Assembly: GCF_000009705.1 (NCBI RefSeq)
Contig: NC_003272.1
Coordinates: 6,381,772-6,413,771, forward strand
Source of the DNA: Nostoc sp. PCC 7120 = FACHB-418
GTDB taxonomy: Bacteria > Cyanobacteriota > Cyanobacteriia > Cyanobacteriales > Nostocaceae
Direction of reading: 5' to 3'
Length of the DNA stretch: 32,000 nt
A program made the translations under genes and the position numbers. The notes beneath the pieces are model-generated. The model ran no database searches and was not told the origin of the DNA. It was given only the letters and a program-made list of their open reading frames with translations. This document shows positions 26,651 through 32,000 of the stretch, piece after piece. The stretch's first letter is position 1; every line of letters begins with the position of its first letter.

Positions 26651-27402
26651 ATGAATCCTATAGCTTCTATCAATACTATAATTGAGCAACAACCTTACCC
26701 GCTTTTATTTGCCACCATTAGCGGATCTCATTTATATGGTTTTCCGTCACCAGATTCTGATTATGATCTACGCGGGGTACATATCTTACCAGTGCAAGAA
26801 GTGGTGGGATTACAAACTGGGGCTGAAACTATTGAATTTTCCGAGCTTCGTGAATCTTTAGAAATTGATTTAGTAACCCACGATATTAGAAAATTCTCTT
26901 TACTACTTTTGAAAAAAATGGCTATGTGCTAGAGCAACTTTATTCGCCTTTAATATTAAAAACTACGCCAGAATACCAAGAGTTAAAAGTAATTAGCAAA
27001 GATTGTATAACTCGTCATCATAGCCATCATTATTTTGGTTTTGCGGCAACGCAATGGAAAATTTTTGAAAAAGAACAGCCACATCGAGTCAAGCCATTAC
27101 TTTATACTTATCGAGTATTATTGACTGGGATTTACCTAATGCAAACAGGAATAGTTGAAGCTAACTTAATTAAACTCAACGATAATTTTAAATTGCCATA
27201 TATTCCTGATTTAATTGCTCAAAAATTAGCAGATGTGGAAAAGTCTACTCTATCGAATGTTGATGCAGTTTTTCATCATCGAGAATATGAACGATTGCGC
27301 GAATGCTTGCAAGAAGCGTATGAGGCAAGTACACTACCTGAAGCACCTGCGGCGAAATCGGCTTTACATAATTTGCTGATACGTTTGAGAATTAGAAGTT
27401 AA
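26651..27402 (+). pseudogene. Pol-beta-fold nucleotidyltransferase (resembles the PF10127/RlaP-type predicted NTase family) split by a -1 frame change in an A7 run
   Basis: N-terminal ISGSHLYGFPSPDSDYDLRGV (GS...DxD NTase motif). ORF 26651-26932 ends LLLKKMAMC*. The overlapping frame reads ...EKNGYVLEQLYSPL and continues to 27402. One extra A in the run 26912-26918 gives the continuous ...LLLKKNGYVLEQLYSPL... Confidence 0.7.
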
Positions 27403-27507
27403 AGCTAAAGCGTATTATATTGGTTTAAACAATCCAGAAACATCTGAGGAGAGTTCAGGAATGCTGACACTCATTTTTTGGGGTTGAGGGATGGCAATCA
27501 CCGCATC

Positions 27508-28560
27508 ATGATCACAAATAAACGCTTTCAACTCCTGCTACCAATCCTATCACCGCTCATTGCAATTATCTCTGCCCTCATCGTCGGTGCTGTCCTCATC
27601 CTACTTGCTGGGGCAAATCCCATCACCGCCTACACAGCTTTATTCCAAGAATCCCTCTCTACTTACTTTGGGTTTGGTAACACCCTCACCAAAATGACAC
27701 CCCTCTTATTCACTAGTTTAGGGGTATTAATAGCGTTAAAAGCTGGTCAATTTAACATCGGTGGCGAAGGACAAATTTATCTCGGTGCGTTGGGTAGCAC
27801 ACTAGTTGGGTTATATGTGCAAGGATTACCCGCTATCTTGCATATTCCCCTAGCGCTTGTTGCAGGGTTTGGGTTTGGTGCGGTTTGGGGTTGGATACCT
27901 GGTTATCTCAAAGCTGTAAGGGGAGTCAATGAAGTTATTACCACCCTATTACTAAATTACATCGCCGTAAATTTAATTAGCTACTTGGTGCAGAACCCCT
28001 TAAAAGCACCAGATGCACCTAGTCCTTATTCACCATTGATTGCTAAATCTGCACAATTGCCGATCATTTTACCCCAAAGTTTAGCCCACGCAGGCATTTT
28101 ACTAGCTTTACTCATTGCCGGACTATTGTGGGTGTTATTAGAGCGATCGCCTCTAGGATACCAAATTTCCGCCGTTGGTTTTAACCCTACAGCCGCCTAT
28201 TATGCGCGAATTTCTGTCAAAAACACCATCATGCTAGTAATGTCTTTAGCTGGTGGTTTAGCTGGCTTGGCTGGCGCATCGGAAGTTATGGGGTTGAAAT
28301 ATCGCTTATTTGAACAAGTTTCCCCTGGCTACGGATTTGATGCCATTGCGATCGCCTTCCTAAGTCGCGGTAGTATTAACGGTGTAGTCCTAACTTCTTT
28401 ATTTTTCGCCGCTTTGCGTAGTGGTGCAAACGTTATGCAACGTAGCGCAGGTGTCCCCGTCACCGTAGTTTACGCCATCCAAGGATTTACTGTCTTATTC
28501 ATTGCCATCAGCCTCGCCGTAGAAACACGAATCAAAACGCAAAGTAACGCGGAGATTTAA
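27508..28560 (+). CDS. ABC transporter permease (BMP/CUT2-type, first permease)
   Basis: Polytopic hydrophobic ORF (at least 8 predicted TM stretches by eye). ATG 27508 (MITNKRFQLL) is preferred over TTG 27478. Confidence 0.85.
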   Translation: MITNKRFQLLLPILSPLIAIISALIVGAVLILLAGANPITAYTALFQESLSTYFGFGNTLTKMTPLLFTSLGVLIALKAGQFNIGGEGQIYLGALGSTLVGLYVQGLPAILHIPLALVAGFGFGAVWGWIPGYLKAVRGVNEVITTLLLNYIAVNLISYLVQNPLKAPDAPSPYSPLIAKSAQLPIILPQSLAHAGILLALLIAGLLWVLLERSPLGYQISAVGFNPTAAYYARISVKNTIMLVMSLAGGLAGLAGASEVMGLKYRLFEQVSPGYGFDAIAIAFLSRGSINGVVLTSLFFAALRSGANVMQRSAGVPVTVVYAIQGFTVLFIAISLAVETRIKTQSNAEI

Positions 28561-28574
28561 CGCCAAAACTCTCA

Positions 28575-28668
28575 GCCTTCCTCCGCGCTTTCCTTAGCGA
28601 TACTCTGTCTTAAAAAGTTTCCTACGCCGGGAAACCCGGCTTCGAGGAACTTTTCGCTGCGTTTAAAA
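28575..28668. repeat. Small dispersed repeat with a nested hairpin, in the spacer between the two permease genes
   Basis: CCTCCGCGCTTTCC..., the hairpin GCCGGG-aaa-CCCGGC (28626-28640), and ACTTTTCGCTGCGTTTA (28649-28665), which matches ACTTTTTGCTGCGTTTA at 523-539 with one mismatch. Confidence 0.75.
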
Positions 28669-28671
28669 ACC

Positions 28672-29610
28672 ATGAATAACCTCAACTTCTTCTCTGATTA
28701 CCTAGTCGCTAGCTTAAGCCTATCTGTACCCCTAGCATTTGCAGCCCTTGGGGGAATGTACTCTGAACGCTCAGGAGTACTCAATATTGCCCTAGAAGGG
28801 ATGTTATTAACAGGTGCTTTTACCAGTGCTGTCGCCACACTTTACACAGGTAATCCTTGGTTTGGTATCCTCTGTGCCTTAATTGCTGGGGGATTAGTCG
28901 GCTTACTTCACGCTTTTTTATGTGTAAGCTTATACGTCAATCAACTAGTTTCAGGATTAGCAATTAATCTAGTAGCTGCCGGGTTAACATCATTTCTAGC
29001 GCGGATAGTATTTCATAGTAGTAGCACCCAAAGATTACCAGGAATTGAGCCTGTAATGATTCCTGGTCTAGCAAATATACCCATACTTGGAGCTTTATTA
29101 TTTCAACAAGATATTTTCGTATATTTACTCATAACTCTAGTGATTGTCAGTAATTATATTTTATTTCATACTAGCTTTGGGTTAACTTTACGGGCAGTAG
29201 GGGAATATCCCAAAGCTGCTGCAACGGCTGGTGTGTCTGTATCAAAGGTGCAATATGCGGCTGTAGTTATCAGTGGTTGTCTTGCTAGTTTAGGCGGTGC
29301 TTATCTTACCTTAGTGCAGATAAGATTTTTCACGGAAAATATGAGTGCAGGTAAAGGATTTATTGCGATCGCGGCTTTAATCTTTGGTAGGTGGCATCCT
29401 TTAGGTAGTACTCTGGCTTGCTTTTTATTTGGCGCTACAGAAGCCTTACAGTTACGCATTCAAGCCTTGGGTGCAAACATACCTCACCAGTTTCTTGCCA
29501 TGTTACCTTATGCGATCGCTTTATTGGCATTAGTAGGATTAGCTGGTAAATCTAGACCACCCCAAAGTAATGGTGTTCCTTACTCCCCAGAACATCCCCA
29601 AGATAGCTAA
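28672..29610 (+). CDS. ABC transporter permease (second permease)
   Basis: 312-aa polytopic membrane ORF immediately following the first permease. Confidence 0.85.
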   Translation: MNNLNFFSDYLVASLSLSVPLAFAALGGMYSERSGVLNIALEGMLLTGAFTSAVATLYTGNPWFGILCALIAGGLVGLLHAFLCVSLYVNQLVSGLAINLVAAGLTSFLARIVFHSSSTQRLPGIEPVMIPGLANIPILGALLFQQDIFVYLLITLVIVSNYILFHTSFGLTLRAVGEYPKAAATAGVSVSKVQYAAVVISGCLASLGGAYLTLVQIRFFTENMSAGKGFIAIAALIFGRWHPLGSTLACFLFGATEALQLRIQALGANIPHQFLAMLPYAIALLALVGLAGKSRPPQSNGVPYSPEHPQDS

Positions 29611-29613
29611 GAT

Positions 29614-30096
29614 TTAGCATACCTTCACACCGACCAAATCAATATCAGCCAACCATATCAGTCTACTTTGTGCTGATGTAGTTTCTCCTAAAATAGGCGA
29701 TCGCCATTCTACAGCATAAAGCCAATTTTGTTTTAGACTAAAAACCCCTTGAATAATACGCCGATTTGGCATCTCACTAAAATCAACCTCAACCACATCG
29801 CCTAATTGAAAAGCTTGATGAGAAACAGTTTGACTTTTGAATACACTTGTTGGTGAAAATTCCCCACTGCGTAGATAAAGAGTTTCATTATGGGAAACTA
29901 TTGCATAAACCCACTCTTCCTCTTCCCAATGAACCCCGCAGCAATGGCCTGACAAATCAGAGCTTAACAATACCTCTTCTCTGATTTGAACAGCTAATGG
30001 AGGTCTTACTGCACCCCAAGGAGGAGAAATATGCCAACAAGATTCTAAAGTCGTAATCTGATTCATCATGATGCTTTGGGTTCTATTTTTATACAT
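29614..30096 (-). CDS. Hypothetical protein (160 aa), probably a cyanobacteria-restricted family
   Basis: Intact ORF convergent with the permease (3-nt gap). Contains CWHISPPWG and two similar segments ending W(V/L)YA(I/V). I may be recalling a Nostoc DUF family but cannot verify it. An alternative start is at 30069. Confidence 0.5.
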   Translation of the reverse strand: MYKNRTQSIMMNQITTLESCWHISPPWGAVRPPLAVQIREEVLLSSDLSGHCCGVHWEEEEWVYAIVSHNETLYLRSGEFSPTSVFKSQTVSHQAFQLGDVVEVDFSEMPNRRIIQGVFSLKQNWLYAVEWRSPILGETTSAQSRLIWLADIDLVGVKVC

Positions 30097-30218
30097 AGAC
30101 TTGCTTGCACGAGTGTCATCCGGAACATAATTCCCATCTGTTTAAAATAAGACAACAGAGACTACACCCCAATCAATAACTTCGTTAACCCAACAGCAAA
30201 GAATCGAATTAGGGAGGG

Positions 30219-30848
30219 ATGAAAATTATGGGTTTTTATTCGCAAGTCATTTTACCGCGTCTTCTAGACTGGAGCTTGTCTGATCCTACCCTAGCTACAT
30301 ATCGTCAGGAACTACTAACAGACGTAACAGGAGAAGTACTAGAAATCGGTTTTGGCACTGGATTAAATTTGGCTTACTACCCTTCGCATATTCACAAAAT
30401 CACCACGGTTGATGTGAATCCTGGGATGAACACCATAGCACAAAAGCGTATTGATGACTCTGGGATTAAAGTTCAACAACTCCTGCTATCAGGTGAAAAT
30501 CTTCCTATGGCAGATAATACCTTTGATAGCGTGGTCAGCACATGGACTTTATGCAGTATTGCCAATGTGGAACAAGCCCTACAAGAAGTTTATCGGGTAT
30601 TAAAACCAGGTGGTAAGTTCTTTTTTCTAGAACATGGACTGAGTAATAAGCCTAATGTACAAGTCTGGCAGAATCGCCTAACCCCAATTCAAAAAGTCTT
30701 AGCCGATGGATGTCACTTGAATCGAAATATTCAACAATTAGTAGAACAAAGTTTTGACCATGTAGAGCTAAAACGCTTTACACCTGAGAATTTTCCTGAT
30801 TTGATGGCACATTTTTACAAAGGATGTGCAACTAAAAAATCAATATAA
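30219..30848 (+). CDS. Class I SAM-dependent methyltransferase
   Basis: Motif I VLEIGFGTGLNL and post-I/II motifs DSVVSTW and VLKPGGKFFFLEHG. Confidence 0.85.
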   Translation: MKIMGFYSQVILPRLLDWSLSDPTLATYRQELLTDVTGEVLEIGFGTGLNLAYYPSHIHKITTVDVNPGMNTIAQKRIDDSGIKVQQLLLSGENLPMADNTFDSVVSTWTLCSIANVEQALQEVYRVLKPGGKFFFLEHGLSNKPNVQVWQNRLTPIQKVLADGCHLNRNIQQLVEQSFDHVELKRFTPENFPDLMAHFYKGCATKKSI

Positions 30849-30859
30849 ATTCATGAGCA

Positions 30860-30888
30860 AGGAAATCAATTTTATGCTTTGATTTCCT
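30860..30888. terminator. Bidirectional hairpin between convergent genes
   Basis: 10-bp stem AGGAAATCAA / TTGATTTCCT with a 9-nt loop, located between the stop codons at 30848 and 30898. Confidence 0.5.
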
Positions 30889-30897
30889 CGATCTACT

Positions 30898-31290
30898 TCA
30901 AGTCTTAAATATCTCATCTACAGGAATTTGATAGCCATTAGCGAGGCGATTCGTTGTGTTAGCCGTAGCGATAATTGCCAAGAGTTCACCAAACATAGCC
31001 TCATTCATTCCCTTCCCACGAGCTGCGGCTGAATGGGAAGAAATACAATAGTCACAGCCATTAGTGACACTCACAGCAATGTAAATCAGTTCCCGTACCA
31101 AAGGATCAAGTTCACCAGGACTAGCCATCACCTCTTTGATGGTTTCCCAGGTTCTTTTTAAGGTGGGAGGATGGTTAGCTATGGCTTTCCAGAAATTGTT
31201 GATGTACTCCGTCTGACGAGTAGCGCGGATGTCGTCGTATACCGACTTTACTTCATCACTTGCGTCTTCGTATTCAATCAGCTGAGTCAT
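30898..31290 (-). CDS. Carboxymuconolactone decarboxylase/AhpD-like family protein
   Basis: CxxC-type motif GCDYCISSH, helical ~130-aa size, WKAIANHP... The ATG at 31290 (MTQLIEYED) is preferred over the TTG at 31314. Confidence 0.75.
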   Translation of the reverse strand: MTQLIEYEDASDEVKSVYDDIRATRQTEYINNFWKAIANHPPTLKRTWETIKEVMASPGELDPLVRELIYIAVSVTNGCDYCISSHSAAARGKGMNEAMFGELLAIIATANTTNRLANGYQIPVDEIFKT

Positions 31291-31397
31291 ATTGTTCTGA
31301 CAGACAAATAACAATTAGGCATTTTGGCACACTCAATTTTAAAAGTATAGATATCCTGTAAGAGTGGGATATATTCATGTGAAAAGTAATAAAAGGC

Positions 31398-31428
31398 AAA
31401 ATCTCTCAGTTTATCACTGAGAGATTTT
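31398..31428. terminator. 13-bp-stem hairpin with A/T runs on both sides (bidirectional terminator-like)
   Basis: AAAATCTCTCAGT-ttatc-ACTGAGAGATTTT, read directly. It lies ~260 nt downstream of the minus-strand stop at 31689. Confidence 0.5.
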
Positions 31429-31688
31429 TATTCAAAATACCTGGGTTCAAATCTGATAATGCACCCAGTTCATCACAGCTATTTAGTCCAGTCATCCTAA
31501 ATTAGTAACTATTTATAAAGTAAACATTAATGTAGAGTGTGTTATGAAACTACCCTAACGCACCGTCATATAAACTGATGCCATGTAAATTTTATCTTTA
31601 CTTTAGAAATAACCTCTTATGGTGACCATTAAAGTTTTTTTAGGATTGGATTAACAACTATATCTTGCAAGTTTATCCATTAATTTAT

Positions 31689-32000
31689 TCAATATTTTGT
31701 CTGAACAGACCTCTGCTTATAGCGGACTAAACAAAATATCAAAGTCAACAACAGAATAGCTTTCATAGTCGATGGTTCCATTACCCTGGTCACTTCTGTT
31801 GGGGGTTGAGTAATGGGAGTTTCACAAACTCCTCCGTTCGGGTTTCCACCAGGATTGACAAAATCACATACATTACTGGGAGGATTAGTTGGCGGAGTCG
31901 GGATACCTGATGTTCTAGGAGGTGAGGAAATTGCTGGATTATCTCTACTTAATAATAGGAGAAATAAAGGAAGAGCTAAAAGGAACCAGTATGGCGAAAA
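31689..32000 (-). CDS. Small Pro-rich secreted/anchored protein, 5' end off the window, with a PEP-CTERM-like C-terminal tail
   Basis: My own translation of the minus strand: FSPYWFLLALPLFLLLLSRDNPAISSPPRTSGIPTPPTNPPSNVCDFVNPGGNPNGGVCETPITQPPTEVTRVMEPSTMKAILLLTLIFCLVRYKQRSVQTKY*. It shows a signal-peptide-like start, a Pro/Asn/Gly-rich middle with 2 Cys, then EPS + hydrophobic helix + RYKQR. Confidence 0.4.
   Translation of the reverse strand, partial: FSPYWFLLALPLFLLLLSRDNPAISSPPRTSGIPTPPTNPPSNVCDFVNPGGNPNGGVCETPITQPPTEVTRVMEPSTMKAILLLTLIFCLVRYKQRSVQTKY

Noticed and set aside
1-32000. Search for tRNA, rRNA, transposase/integrase genes or prophage hallmarks
   Set aside because: I found no cloverleaf-like or rRNA-like sequence and no ORF with DDE/tyrosine-recombinase motifs. 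The only mobile-looking material is the miniature repeats listed above.

Overview
The window is chromosomal DNA from a heterocyst-forming cyanobacterium (Nostoc/Anabaena type). The HIP1 octamer GCGATCGC occurs more than 20 times (e.g. 649-656, 1596-1603, 1776-1783), and tandem heptamer (STRR-like) arrays fill most intergenic spacers. The core (3749-22072) is the heterocyst-glycolipid synthase island followed by the hetM/hetN/hetI trio. It reads as a PUFA-synthase-like split type I PKS: hglE (KS-AT-ACP-ACP), hglF (pseudo-KR), hglG (KR-DH), hglD (KS), hglC (CLF-like KS plus AT-like domain), hglA (PfaD-type enoyl reductase) and hglB/hetM (ACP plus thioester reductase). These are followed by hetN (SDR carrying the ERGSGR patterning motif) and, convergently, hetI (Sfp-type PPTase). 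Upstream lie the 5' end of a divergent DevB-family membrane-fusion gene, a ParB-N-domain protein with a degenerate methyltransferase-like C-terminus, and a small ORF. Downstream lie an FGE/SUMF1-domain protein and a BMP/CUT2-type ABC importer operon. That operon is interrupted between its ATPase and permease genes by a tightly packed three-gene cassette: a zeta/COG4185-like P-loop kinase, a 62-aa partner, and a frameshifted Pol-beta-fold nucleotidyltransferase. After it come a hypothetical gene, a SAM methyltransferase, an AhpD/CMD-family protein and a truncated small Pro-rich gene at the right edge. The observations most worth follow-up are four. (1) The cassette inside the transporter operon. 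(2) An A9 slippery run at the 3' end of hglE whose -1 frame is open straight into hglF. (3) hglF and hglG share one frame and are separated only by a TAA plus a small inverted-repeat element. (4) A family of small dispersed repeats colonises the spacers. All family assignments come from motif recognition and from recalling the published Anabaena/Nostoc sp. PCC 7120 hgl-het region. No alignments or searches could be run.
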